Source: Heterodontus francisci (Eukaryota). Taken from it: 64,000 nucleotides of DNA. This document shows positions 49,487-62,674 of this stretch, one piece after another (position 1 is the first letter of the stretch; every line of letters starts with the position of its first letter). The translations under genes were made by a program, and so were the position numbers. The stretch is from the NCBI RefSeq assembly GCF_036365525.1, contig NC_090403.1:56545095-56609094 (forward strand), read 5' to 3'. The notes below the pieces were generated by a model, which saw only the letters and a list, made by a program, of their open reading frames with translations, did no database searches and was not told where the DNA came from.

Positions 49487-50329
49487 GTTCTTTGTTCTAA
49501 AGAATTAACTATACCACCGATTTTTGGCATTATTTGCAGATTTGACATCTTTCTCTCTAACCCTGTATCCAAATCATTGATGCACACCGTGAATAGAAGT
49601 GACTCCATAATTAAACCCTGTGGGACACCACTACCCACTTCCAAATACACTGAAAAACTATTATCTCATACACAATTTTAATCCAGTTTGCTATCCTCCC
49701 CTAATTCTACACCCCTTAATCATCTCTCGTAATCTCCTATGTGGTACCTATTCTAAGATCAACCCACTGCATTCCCAATGCATTTCCCCAACTACATTTG
49801 TCTGTTACTTTGTAGAATTCTTTTGAATTGTCAAGCAGAATCACTCCGTTTGCCATCTATGCAGTTAACTCTTAACTGTTTTCTCTTTAGATATATATAA
49901 TTTCATCTTTAAATGAAGTATTATAACATTTTCCCAGCACAGAAGTTAAACTAACTCTTGTAGTTAGCTCTGTCTACCTTTTTAATGCTGGATGCTACAC
50001 TGGGAACTTTGCAGTCCTCTGGCCCACATCCACACTCTAGAGCCTTGAAATATATACCTTGATATTTACTAGGAACATGGAGGGAACAGAGGAAAGTGTC
50101 TGTGACCAGCAAACCTGGGAATACCAGGAAGGTGGTTGTCCTGCTGAATTTAATGGCAGGACCTCACTGAAATTTTCTTTTCTCTGTTTTCCATCTGGCA
50201 GCCAGCCTGATTGATAGGCTGTTTGAAGAGTGATGCAGATAGGACATGGATTAGCCCAGCACATACCTTTCTGCGTTAGAATGGCATGGCTGGAGAGGAA
50301 AAACAAGTGAATTACTTCAGAAAACACAC

Positions 50330-50503
50330 AAAATACTGAGCAAGTCAGACAGCACCTGTGGAGAGAGAAATAGAGTTAATGTTTCAGGTCGATGACCTTT
50401 TGTCAGAGCTCTGTTTCCCTCTCCACAGATGCCTGATCCTCAGAGTATCTTCAGCATTTCGTTTTGTTTTCAGATTTCCAGCATCCGCAGTATTTTGCTT
50501 TTG
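50330..50503. mobile_element. Penelope pseudo-LTR-derived fold-back element with decayed hammerhead (-)
   Basis: Arms ctgtggagagagaaatagag / ctctgtttccctctccacag. Minus strand CTGACAA-AAGGTCATCGACCT-GAAACATTAAC. Confidence 0.7.
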
Positions 50504-50755
50504 TTTGGGAATTACATCATTGCACCTAACCTTTTGCTTTTAGTGCAGAAGAATAAAATCAATCTCGGTGTTGTAAATTGAACTGATGTATTAAATTGTG
50601 CGATGGCCTTGGGCTGATTGTATACTTGTTGGCTTTTATTCATTGTAGTAGAATGGTTGAAGTTTTGAATAAATACGACAGATACAGAATGCATGACTGC
50701 TGTTAGCTATATTAATCTGAACTTCAGTTGTATCAGGAACTGAGAAACTAATTAA

Positions 50756-50992
<237 letters not shown>

Positions 50993-51201
50993 TGATGCAT
51001 CATGGGGTTTATTTTGTCCTTTGCAATTGGAGTTTTAAAGAAATTAACCATTATTCAATATATTGATATCTTGCCTCACTGTGTACTTTGTGTCAACTTT
51101 ACCCATTTATAAATACCTGTATCCACATTTATTATGGAAATTGCCAATGAAAGTTTTTGTTCTGCTCTCTAAATATAATTTTAAAATCTGTTTTCCTTTA
51201 G

Positions 51202-51303
51202 CGGAAATTGGAAGCTGAGCTCCTTCAGATCGAGGAGCGCCACCAAGACAAGAAAAGGAAATTTCTCGAAACTACAGAGTTGTTTAATAATGAACTAAAG
51301 CGG
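51202..51303 (+). CDS. SMARCE1: SMARCE1 exon 9: [34 protein letters not shown]
   Basis: tttag| and |gtaaga boundaries, 102 nt, coiled coil. Confidence 0.97.
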
Positions 51304-51852
51304 GTAAGAGTATATTCTGTTTTGGGGGTGGAAGGTGATGAGTTGTAACAATCCAATAACTGAAATATTCTCTGCGTAAATCTTAGATTTTCTGATGGGT
51401 GTTAACTCCAGTGCACACCTGTCTGTGTTGAACTGGTTTAAATGCAATTGGAAAGTTCAGTTATAAATATTCAAGGAAACCCTTTAGTATATTGTGTGTA
51501 TGAGCTTACCTTATGCAAAGCTCATATGTCCTGAGCTTTGATGTTCTCAGTTGCGTTCACAGAAGCAAATTTAGCACCTGAGCAGGTTCCTTGTTGTTGC
51601 ATGGGCAGACTGTCTCAACATGACCTGCAGAGCACCTGGTCACAGCTTGATGATTTGTTCTTTGCTTCCCAATGCCATGCTCTCATGCCCTATATATGGC
51701 TGTCTGTTTGATCTCATGCTGAGAGCATGTTAGAGTGAGAATAAGAACCTCTAAAGTGGGAGAGTAGGAACTAAGTGCAGAGGGGAAAGGAGGTGCTAAG
51801 TAGGCTAGCTATTATTACACAAATAATATAAACTTAATATAAATAATATAAA

Positions 51853-54800
51853 ACCCTGGGGTCGCCTCTGGGCGCTGGAAAAGGGATTTTGGAACTTGGG
51901 GTCATCCATCGCTGCTCTGGTGGACGGGCTCCCCGAATACAGCCATGTGGTCTTCCTGTCCTTCGACGATACCGATGCTGGATTTATTGGTGAACGCCCG
52001 AAAGATGAAGGAGCGAGGTCGCTGATCCTGAGCCGGTGGGAAACTTAGTTGTCCGTCCAGAGTGTCGAGCGTGAAGAGTGGCGTGGCCATGCTGGGCTCC
52101 AGGGAGGAGGTTGCTCTGAGTGAGTGAGGATCACTAGTGGACAATGGTGGGAGCTGATGAAATGTTTTCTTCCCCTGCACCCCCTCCTCTAACCCCCAGC
52201 TCCCCCTCACACTCCCTTCCCCGCTCCTCCCTTTCCCCCCACCTCCTCCCACTGGCATCCACCGACCCCTGAGCAGGGGCCCGAACAACCCCACTGCCTT
52301 GTGGGCATCTCGGGAGAGACCAAGGCTAACAGAGCGGAACCCCGAAGGCGATCATGTGTCACCGTTGGCATGTTTCCAGCAGTTCCTGCAGCCATACTGG
52401 TGCCAAACGTCATGCTCTGCACTCCTTTGGACCCCACCAGGAAGGCCGAGAGGGGGGTTTTGACGTTCGGGCAACTCACAACCTCCATACATCCACCCAG
52501 ACATTCGCCATGGAGATTTCACTCCATAGTCGCCTCACAGCGACCAAAACAACACGGAAGGCAGCAGTTACGGGTTATAAGTCCAGCTCAATTGGCGTAG
52601 AGATTGGGCGCCACGGGTTGCCTTTGTCGGTGGGAGAGGTCATCACATCTCATTGGACAGCTACCGCCTGCCTCAAACTGGGCAACCCCCAGTCAGTAAG
52701 GTTCTGTTCCGCCACAGTCCACCTGCTTTAATGGGTGCTTGGAGCTCAGGATCATTGCCCGCGAAGTGGACTGTAACACCACACCAAACAGCACGACAAA
52801 AAAAGGAAAGAAGGTACCAGCCCTTCGTTTTGCAAGCTGGAACGTCAGAACTATGTGTCCTGGCCTGTTGGAAGACCTTACACAAATCAACGATTCTCGG
52901 AAGACCGCCATCATTAGCCACAAGCTCAGTAGACTCAATGTGGACATTGCAGCACTTCAGGAGACAGTCCTCCATGCGAGCGGATCTCTAAGAGAGCAAG
53001 ACTACACCTTCTTCTGGCAGGGTAGGGATCCTGAAGAACCAAGACAACATGGAGTGGGCTTCGTTTTCAGAAACCCTTTGCTCGGCATGAAAGAGCCACC
53101 CTCAAATGGCTCGGAGCGCATACTGTCCATCGGACTGTTCACCGCCTCTGGTCCAGTACACCTACTCAGCATCTATACTCCAACACTCTGCTCCCCACCT
53201 GAAGCTAAAGACCAGTTCTATGAGGAGCTCCATAATATCATTAGTAGCATCCCCAATACCGAACACCTGTACCTGCTGGGGGACTTTAATGCCAGGGTTG
53301 GGGTCGGCCATGACTCATGGCCCTCCTGCCTTCGGCGCTATGGCATTGGAAGGATGCATGAGAATGGACAGAGACTGCTTGAGTTGTGTACCTATCATAA
53401 CCTCAGCATCACCAACTCGTTCTTTCATACTAAACCCTGTCACCAGGTTTCTTGGAGGCACCCAAGATCACGTCACAAGGCGAGCCTCTTTAAACAGTGT
53501 TCAAATCACACGCAACTTCCACAGTGCTGACTGCGACACCAACCACTCCCTGGTGTGCAGCAAGGTTAGACTCAAACCAAAGAAGCTGCATCACTCCAAA
53601 CAGAAGGGCCGCCCGCGCATCAACACTAGCAGTATTTTTCATCCACAGCTGTTACATAAGTTTCTAAATTCACTTGAAAAAGCCCTTCAAAACACTCCTA
53701 CAGGGGATGCAGAGACCAAGTGGGCCCAGATCAGAGACGCCGTCTATGACTCAGCAATGACCACCTATGGCAAACGTGTGAAGTGGAATGCAGGTTGGTT
53801 TCAATCTCACTTTGAAGAGCTGGAACCTGTCATAGCCACTAAGCGCATTGCACTGCTGAACTACAAGAAAGCCCCCAGCGAGTTAACATCCGTAGCACTT
53901 AAAGCAGCCAGAAGCGCTGCACAAAGAACAGCCAGGCGCTGCGCAAATGGCTACTGGCAACACCTATGCAGTCATATTCAGCTGGCCTCTGACACCGGGA
54001 ACATCAGAGGAATGTATGATGGCATTAAGAGAGCTTTTGGGCCAACCATCAAGAAGATAGCCCCCCCCTCAAATCTAAATCAGGGGACACAATCACTGAC
54101 CAACGCAAGCAAATGGACCGTTGGGTGGAACACTACCTAGAACTGTACTCCAGGGAAAATGTTGTAACTGAGACTGCCCTCAATGTAGTCCAGTCTCTGC
54201 CAGTCATGGATGAGCTGGATGGACGGCCAACAAAATCGGAACTCAGTGATGCCATTGATTCTCTAGCCAGCGGAAAAGCCCCTGGGAAGGACGGCATTAC
54301 CCCTGAAATAATCAAGAGTGCCAAGCCTGCTATACTTTCAGCACTGTACGGACTGATTTGCCTGTGCTGGGACGAGGGAGCAATACCACAGGACATGCGC
54401 GATGCTAATATCATCACCCTCTAGAAGAACAAGGGTGACCACGGTGACTGCAACAACTACCGTGGAATCTCCCTGCTCAGCATAGTGGGGAAAGTCTTCG
54501 CTCGAGTCGCTCTAAACAGACTCCAGAAGCTGGCTGAGCATATCTATCCTGAGGCACAGTGTGGCTTTCGAGCAGAGAGATCCACCATTGACCTGCTGTT
54601 CTCCCTTCGCCAGCTACAGGAGAAATGCCATGAACAACAGATGCCCCTCTACGTTGCTTTCATTGATCTCACCAAAGCCTTTGACCTCGTCAGCTGACGT
54701 CGTCTCTTCAGACTACTAGAAAAGATTGGATGCCCACCAAAGCTACTAAGTATCATCACCTCATTCCATGACGGTATGAAAGGCACAATTCAGCATAGGG

Positions 54801-55987
54801 GCGCCTATCCTGAGTGGCGTGAGTGGCTGTGTTCTCGCACCTACACTGGGATCATCATCTTCCTGCTGCTCTCACATACGTTCAAGTCTTCAGAAGAAGG
54901 TATTTTCCTCCACACAAGATCAGGTGGCAGGTTGTTCAACCTTGCCCATCTAAAAGCGAAGACCAAAGTACGGAAAATCCTCATCAGGGAACTCCTCTTT
55001 GCTGATGATGCTGCATTAACATCTCATACTGAAGAGTGTCTGCAGAGACTCATCGACAGGATTGCGGCTGCCTGCAATGAATTTGACCTAACCATCAGCC
55101 TCAAGAAAACAATCATCATGGGACAAGATGCCAGAAATGCTCCATCCATCAATATCGGCGACCACGCTCTGGAAGTGGTTCAAGAGTTCACCTACCTAGG
55201 CTCAACTATCACCAGTAACCTGTCTCTCGATGCAGAAATTAACAAGTGCATGGGAAAGGCTTCCACTGCTATGTCCAGACTGGCCAAGAGAGTGTGGGAA
55301 AATGGCGCACTGATACGGAACACAAAAGTCCGAGTGTATCAAGCCTGTGTCCTCAGTACCTTGCTCTACGGCAGCGAGGCCTGAACAACGTATGTCAGCC
55401 AAGAGCAACGTCTCAATTCATTCCATCTTCGCTGCCTCAGGAGAATCCTTGGCATCGGGTGGCAAGGCCGTATCTCTAACACAGAAGTCTTCGAGGCGGC
55501 CAGCATATACACCCTGCTGAGCCAGCGGCGCTTGAGATGGCTTGGCCATGTGAGCCGCATGGAAGATGGCAGGATCCCCAAGGACACATTGTACAGCGAG
55601 CTTGTCACTGGTATCAGACCCACCAGCCGTCCATGTCTCCGCTTTAAAGACGTCTGCAAACGCGACATGAAGTCCTGTGACATTGATCACAAGTCATGGG
55701 AGTCAGTTGCCAGCGATCGCCAGAGCTGGCGGGCAGCCATAAAGGCGGGGCTAAAGAGAGGCGAGTTGAAGAGACTTAGCAGTTGGCAGGAAAAAAGACA
55801 GAGGCGCAAGGGGAGAGCCAACTGCGAAACAGCCCTGACAACCAATTTTATCTGCAGCACCTGTGGAAGAGCCTGTCACTCTAGAATTGGCCTTTATAGC
55901 CACTCCAGGCGCTGCTTCACAAACCACTGACCACCTCCAGGCGCTTACCCATTGTCTCTCGAGACAAGGAGGCCAAAGAATAGAATA
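51853..55987 (+). mobile_element. Near full-length RTE (BovB-group) LINE, disrupted (5' UTR, APE, RT)
   Basis: LRFASWNVRTM, IAALQET and GDFNARVG (APE). The RT is highly similar to 25031-26788 but has frameshifts and stops. (GAATA)-like tail. Confidence 0.93.
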
Positions 55988-58136
55988 AGAGTGTGGGAAC
56001 AACGTATGTCAGCCAAGAGCAACGTCTCAATTCATTCCATCTTCGCTGCCTACTGAGGAACAAACTAACTAAACCTAAAGATGTCAGTACAGGAGGGGCA
56101 TGTTTTCTCAATTTGCAAATTATACCAAAATAGAAGGTTAATTCTTTAGAGACTGAAAGAAACTGCGGTGGGAAATTGGTAAGATGGGAGAATGGGCTAA
56201 TAAATGGCAAATGGAATTCAGAATCAGTAAGTGTGAGGCGATTATATTTTGGTTTATTTAATAAAAACAGTTTTTATACTGTGGTTGTAGGCCCAGTCTG
56301 TGGAAGAACAGAGGGATTTAGGGTACAGATTCATAGACTGATGTTGCAGAGAAGGAGGACATTAGGCCCATCATGCTTGTGCCAGACTGAGGACATTAAA
56401 GGGTTGATAAGACCATTTGAAAAAAAGCTAATGGATTTCTAAGTATAGAATATCAAAGCCAAGAGGTAATGATTAGCCTACCTGAAACCTGAACAAGGCC
56501 TCGGTTGAGAGTACTGGGTGCGATATTGAGCCACACACTATAAAAGGGAGTTGGAAGCTATAGAAAGGATATGCTAGGATGCTGCACTCTGATGTGATAC
56601 AAATGCTAAGAAAGCCTTTAAATTGGGGTTTTTTTCTTGGCACAATACAGATGGCAGGGTGATAGAATAGAATGTTTCAAATTATGTAAGGATAAGACAG
56701 GGTAGAGAGAAACAAACTGTTTCCAGTCATTGAAAAGTCTAAAATGAGGTTCCATAGATACAAAATTAGTGTAGTAAACAAAAAGAACTTCTCATTAACA
56801 CCAGTCCTTGCCAGGAGTACCCAAATTAATACACCTGAAACATTAACCTGTCCCCTCTCCCACAGAAGCTGACAGATTTAATGTATATTTCCAGCATTTC
56901 ACTATTATTTGTCTCTAAAAGATAGCTGAAGAAACCTCAAGGACAAGGGGACAGTTAAATGTGAGAGATTTAGAAAAGAGGGCAGAAGAAATTTCTCCAG
57001 ATACACAGTTGAGACTAGACTTTACTTTCAGGGCTGGTAGTTGAACATGTATAGGAACAAGAGTAGGCAATTTGGTCCCCTGAGCCTGTTCGCCATTCAT
57101 TGAGGTCATGATGAATCTGTGACCTAACTATATATGGTTGATGAAGTGGATGAAAGAAATCGAATTGGAGTTGTGAAGCAGGGTGGGTGATTAGAAATTC
57201 TTGGTGCGTAAACACTGGCTGGTACTGAATGGCCAGCTTTGTGTTGCAGCTTTTATGTACTTCCATGTTTGTGCTGAGGATGTGTGAAAACAGGGCTGGA
57301 CACATGCTTATGGGGTGTGCCAGAAGAAGGAAGCAATTTAACTCCAGACATAGCTTTTGTTCTGCTCCACTTAGGTTTTTTTGTCCCAGGCATCCATACA
57401 TTCCAGTCCTCTCTTTGATTGTTATTTGGAGGAACTATGCAGGTGGTGATATAACAAGTAAAACAGCTTGGTTTAAGTCCCAGTGACATTGCCATTAGTC
57501 TCCTGAATGGCTCCTTATTTAATAGGGAGCACTTTTTAAATAACAATCATGTTCTTCCTGCTAAGAAGTTTATTTTAACTCCACCAGGATTAGAGGGGAA
57601 ACACCCTCTGCCGCACCCCACCCCTCAGCTCATCTCTTAGGTGAGTGAACAACTGGGCTGTACATATCGTGATGAGCCCAGGTTCCATCACCAGTCTGTC
57701 CTGAGTTGCTGATCTTGGCAAGGTCACCAGTTGGAGCAATAAATCTGCTTCAGGCTAGGGAAGGGAAAATTGGTTGGTGTTTTTGCTCCTGATCGCTATC
57801 TGGTCACCTTGTTGAAAATGCCTGTGTTGAATGTTGGACAGGATCAGGCTGTGTTGTGATATCCTCAGTGGTCCGATAACCTGCAAATGGCTACTAGCTG
57901 GGGCTCACACGTGATTAATGAACATTAAAGAAAGGTATCAGAGGGCACCTGCATCCAACAGGGATCAGTATCGCCAGGGGAGAAGAGAAAAATGGTGGAA
58001 TAAAGATCCTAAAAGAAATGGAAAGATGGCCACTGGAGTCTGTCCTGCTGCATTTCCCAAACCCACAGTGTGCTTGTTGTCTTGGCAATCTTTCATTTTA
58101 ATTTTCTTCCATTCCTGACACTCAAGTGCTTCAGTT

Positions 58137-58322
58137 TAAAGGCCTGCAAAGGAAACCCGACCGAGCCCGAATGCCGGACCCGGAGGTGCGACCTGACCCG
58201 AACCTGACGCATGCCGTCGGGACCGAGTCAGGTAGCAGGCCTTTACATCAGTACATGGGTAAAGGCCTGCTACCCGACCCGACCTCGACGGGACCCGACG
58301 ACATGTGTCGGGTTCGGGCCAG
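58137..58322. mobile_element. Short hAT-like MITE (58137-58245) plus an adjacent truncated inverted copy (58260-58322)
   Basis: TAAAGGCCTGC / GCAGGCCTTTA TIRs, CCCGA repeats, degenerate TSD cttcagtt/catcagta. Confidence 0.7.
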
Positions 58323-58462
58323 GTATTTCCCATATAAGGCTATCCAACAGGGCATTGCAGTGCTTTACTTCAGTTTCCCTTTGCTGCTTTATGTTGTTGG
58401 TACTTTGCAAAAATCCACAAGCAAGTGGACATTTATAGCTCTCCTGTACTTGTAGACACCTC

Positions 58463-58875
58463 GGGCTGAATTTTGTTCTGGTGATGGGGGGTCCCAGCAC
58501 CGGGCTGGAAGGTGGGGGGAGACGGCAGCCGTTGATATTCCACAGCGGGCAGGCAATTAACTGCTCGCCATCCCTTTAAGGGACGAGCTTCTGCCTCCAA
58601 GAGCTGCCAGCCAATCAGTAGGCCGGCAGCTCTTCAGTACTGGCAGCGCCACTGGGAGCAGTGACCACTGGTGGTACTGTAGCAGGCCCTGCATAATAAA
58701 GCTGAAAGGAGACCCCGGGACAGGTGAGAGTGGAGTTGGGGGTGGGGGGATGGTGGGTGGTCTTCCACGGCGGTGCTGCTAGGGATCTCTGGGGGGTCTT
58801 GGATTGCCCCAAAGGAGAGAAGCCCCCCCCCACTGCCGATCCTGCTAGGAGGCCGCCAGGTTGTAGATTTAGCCC
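58463..58875. mobile_element. GC-rich putative non-autonomous DNA transposon
   Basis: Imperfect TIRs GGGCTGAATTT / AGATTTAGCCC. Confidence 0.35.
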
Positions 58876-59109
58876 TTCATTATTAGATGTGTCTGCATCG
58901 GCCACTTTAGTCAACTTTTGCTCTTGGCTGGTGATGCTTGTACTTCTTTGTGAAAGATTCTTTCTCATCCTGCTCAGTACTGAGGTGTTGTTTTAGGCCC
59001 TGGTTTCTTTTTGAGGCAGGTAGTCTCTGACATCACTGGGAAATAGCAAATCCATGACGTGTCAAATCAAATTGATACTCCACACATTGCCCAGAAACAC
59101 TTGTGCAGT

Positions 59110-59406
59110 TAAATGAAATCCTCCAATTCCTGTCTCTTGTGCATCCCCAATTTCCTTTGCCCTTTCATTGGTGGGCATGTCTTGAGCTGCCTAGGCCCTA
59201 AGCTCTGAAGTTTGCTCCCTAAGACTCTTCATATCGCTCTCTCTCTCCTCTTTTTAAGTTGCTCCTGAAAACCTATTTCTTTGACCAAACCATTGGTCAT
59301 CTGTAGTAATATCTGTGTCAAATTTTATCTGATAACACTCCTGTGAAGCACCTTGGGATGTTCTACTGCATTAAAGATGCTATATAAATCCAAGTTGTTG
59401 TTGTTG
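59110..59406 (+). mobile_element. L2-type 3' tail with (TTG)n end
   Basis: Similar to 7930-8300. Confidence 0.6.
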
Positions 59407-59505
59407 TAAATAGTTGATCAGCTGATTTTTGCTTAAATGGTGGATGATGTTGAAGTCTTTGGGCTCTTGCAGCTTTTTGTTTTAACCTCCCCTTGCTTTA
59501 TTTAG

Positions 59506-59707
59506 TTGTGTAATTTAAAGGTGGAGGTTGATATGGAGAAAATTGCAGCTGAACTTGCTCAGGCTGAAGAGCAGGCCCGCAAGCGTCAGGAGGAGAGGGA
59601 AAAGGAGGCCGATCATGCTGAACAGCCCCAAAGCAATACACCTGATGAACCCCCGAGCAGCAGTGAGGCCGACGAGTCCAAAGTGGAGGAGACTCCCATG
59701 GACACAG
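59506..59707 (+). CDS. SMARCE1: SMARCE1 exon 10: [39 protein letters not shown]
   Basis: tttag| and |gtaacg boundaries, 202 nt. The start is conserved and the acidic tail divergent. The final exon was not found in the window. Confidence 0.95.
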
Positions 59708-59749
59708 GTAACGGAACGGGTGAGCTGCGGTGTTGCATCAGATTGTTTC

Positions 59750-62320
59750 TTTTTTTAAAATGAATTCTCAGGATGTGGGCATCACTGGCAAGGCTGACGT
59801 TTATTGCCCATCCCTAGTTGTCCTTGAGAAGGCTGTTTTGAACTGCTGCAATCTATGTGGTGAAGGTGCTCCCATCATGCTGTTTGGTGGGCAGTTCCAG
59901 AATTTTGAATAAGCGACGATAAAGAAACTGTGATGTATGTCCAGGTTTGGCTGGTGTGTGTGACTTGGAGGTGCTGGTGTTCCCATAAACCTTTTACCCC
60001 TGTCTTAGCTGCTGGAGGTCGCAGACTTGAGTGGTGCTGTTGAAGAAGCCTTGGCATGTTGCTGCAGTGCTTCCTGTAGATAGTACACATTGCAGTCACA
60101 CTATGCTGCTGGTGAAGGGTATGGTTGCTTAAGGTGGTGTGTAGCCAATATCAACTATCGAAGCTGATATAAGAGTAATGTCGGTAGAACAGCTGTGATC
60201 TTTACCAACATTTTTTTATGGTTACTTTGGGCATTGATTGTTGAGCAGACACTTTCCATGTATGGGGGGCTGGGGTGGTGGTGAGGGTATATAAGTCAAG
60301 GCAGTGCCTTTTCTGAGAATGAGTAGAAGAAACTAGGCACCTCCCCATTGGAAGTGAGTCTTGAGGCAGGTTGCATGCCAAGAATAGGTTGGCTACACTG
60401 CCTGCAGCAAGGGACAGGAAGAAATAGCTTGGAAGAATGATTCTCAGCAATACAATAGCACGCACCTGTACATTTTTTTTTTATTCGTTTCATGGGATGT
60501 GGGCATCGCTGGCTAGGCCAGCATTTGTTGCCCATCCCTAATTGCCCTGGAGAAGGTGGCGGTGAGCTGCCTTCTTGAACCGCTGCAGTCCACCTGGTGT
60601 GAATACGTCCACAGTGCTGTTAGGGAGGGAGTTCCAGGATTTTGATCCAGTGATGGCACAGCAATATATTTTCAAGTCAGGATCGTGTGTGGCTTGGAGG
60701 GGAACTGGCAGATGGTGGTGGTCCCACAGTCTGCTGCCCTTGTCCTTCTAGGTGGAAGAGGTCACGGATTTGGAAGATGCTGTTGAAAGAGGCATGGTGA
60801 GTTACTGCATTGCATCGTGTATATGTTACGCACTTCTGCCGTTGTGCGTTGGTGGCGGGCTTGAATGTTTAAGGTGGTGGATGGATGCCGATCAAGTGGG
60901 CTGCTTTGACCCTGGATGCTGTCAAGCTTCCTGAGTGCTGGAGCTGCACTCATCCAGGCAAGTGGAGAGTATTCCATCACAATCCTAACTTGTGCCTGTG
61001 GACAGGCATTGGGGAGTCAGGAGGTGGGTTACTCGCCACAGAATTCCCAGCCTCTGACCTGCTCTTTTAGCCACAGTATTTGTGGCTACACCAGTTCACT
61101 TTCTGGTCAGTGGTAACCCCCAGGATGTTGATAGTGGGATTTCAGCAATGGTAATGGCATTGAATGTCATGGGGAGATGGTTACAATCTCTCTTATTGGA
61201 GATGGTCATTGACTGGCACTTAAGTGGCAAGCAACATTCGTGCCACACATTAGCCCAAGCCTGAATGTTGTCCAGGTCTTGCAGCATATGGACGCGGACC
61301 GCTTCAGTGTCTGAGGAATTGCGAATGGTACTGAACATCATACAATCATCAGCGAACATCGCCACTCTTGACTTTATGAGGGAAGGTCATTGATGAAGCG
61401 GCTAAAGATGGTTGGGCCTAGGACAGTACTCTAAGAAACTCCTGTGGCAATGTCCTGGGGCTGAGATGATTGACTTCCAACAACCACAACCATCTTCCAT
61501 TGTGCTAGGAATGACTCCAACTAGTTTTCCCCCGATTCCCACTGACGTCAGTTGTACGAGGGCTCTTTGATGCCATACTCTGTCAAATGCTGCCAAGGGC
61601 AATCACTCTCACCTCACCTCTTGAGTTCAGCTCTTTTGTCCTTATTTTGACCAAGGCTGTAATGAGGTCAGGAGCCGAGTGGCCCTGGCGGAACCCAAAT
61701 TGAGCATCAGTGAGCAGTTTGTTGCTGTTTGTGGCATTTGATAGAACTGTTGATGGCATCTTCCATCACTTTGCTGATGATCAAGAGTAGACCGATGGGG
61801 CGGTAATTGGCTGGATTAGATTTGTCCTTTTTGTGGATAGGTCACAGCTAGGCAATTATCCATGTTGTCGGGTAGATGCCAGTGCTGTAGCTATATTGGA
61901 ACAGCTTGGCTAGGGGCGAGGCTAGTACTGCAGCACAAGTCTTCAGTTCTACAGCCGTGATATTGTCAGGAGCCATAGCCTTTGGAGTATCCAGTGCCTT
62001 CAGTCATTTGTTAATATCACGTGCGGTGAATCAAATTGGCTGAAGATCGGCATCTGTGATGCAGGGGACTTTAGGAGGAGGCCGAGATGGATTATCCACT
62101 CGGACCTTCTGGTTGAAGAAGGTTGCAAATGCTCCAGCCTTTTCTTTTCTTTTGCACTGGTGTGCTGGGCTCCTCCATCATTAAGCATGGGGATATTTGT
62201 GGAGATTCCTCCTTCAGTTAGTTGTTTAATTGTCCACCACCATTCATGACTGGATGTGGCAGGACTGCAGAGCTTAGACCTGATCCATTAGTTGTGGAAT
62301 CACTTAGCTCTGTCTATTGC
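59750..62320 (-). mobile_element. Two CR1/L2-group LINE 3' portions (59750-60140; 60475-62320)
   Basis: MFADDCMMFSTIRNSSDTEA and AAFDRVWH motifs. Same family as 43960-45080. Confidence 0.8.
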
Positions 62321-62537
62321 TTTAATATGAATGAAGGACCCACATCCAACCATATGTACTAGATGTTATTGAATTTATATTCCATTGCTGGTACTACAAA
62401 CTGAACTCCCATTGGCACTGGCTGGTGCATCTACAATTCTCTTCTAGCCTGACTCTCAGACTACCCATATAAATCAATAATGTGGTTTCTCTATAACCTG
62501 GCTGTACATACTTTCTAATATCTGGGCCAGAAACTTT

Positions 62538-62674
62538 AATAAAAGCAAAACACTGCAGATGCTGGAAAACTAAAATAAAAGCAGAAAGTGCTGGAAATAC
62601 TCAGCAAGTTCAGCAGCATCTGTGGAGAGAGAAGCAGAGTTAACATTTCAGATCTGTAACCTTTCATAAGAACT
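62538..62674 (-). mobile_element. Penelope pseudo-LTR end with degenerate hammerhead
   Basis: Minus strand AGTT-CTTATGA-AAGGTTACAGATCT-GAAATGTT-AACT. Confidence 0.7.

Larger units (their letters stand above)
45540..50030 (-). mobile_element. Old CR1 (-) split by a younger CR1 (+)
   Basis: PQLEY..VQHRFTRMLP (45768-45995, -) and SGVPQGLIMESLLF (49500-49650, -) are collinear pieces. Confidence 0.7.
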
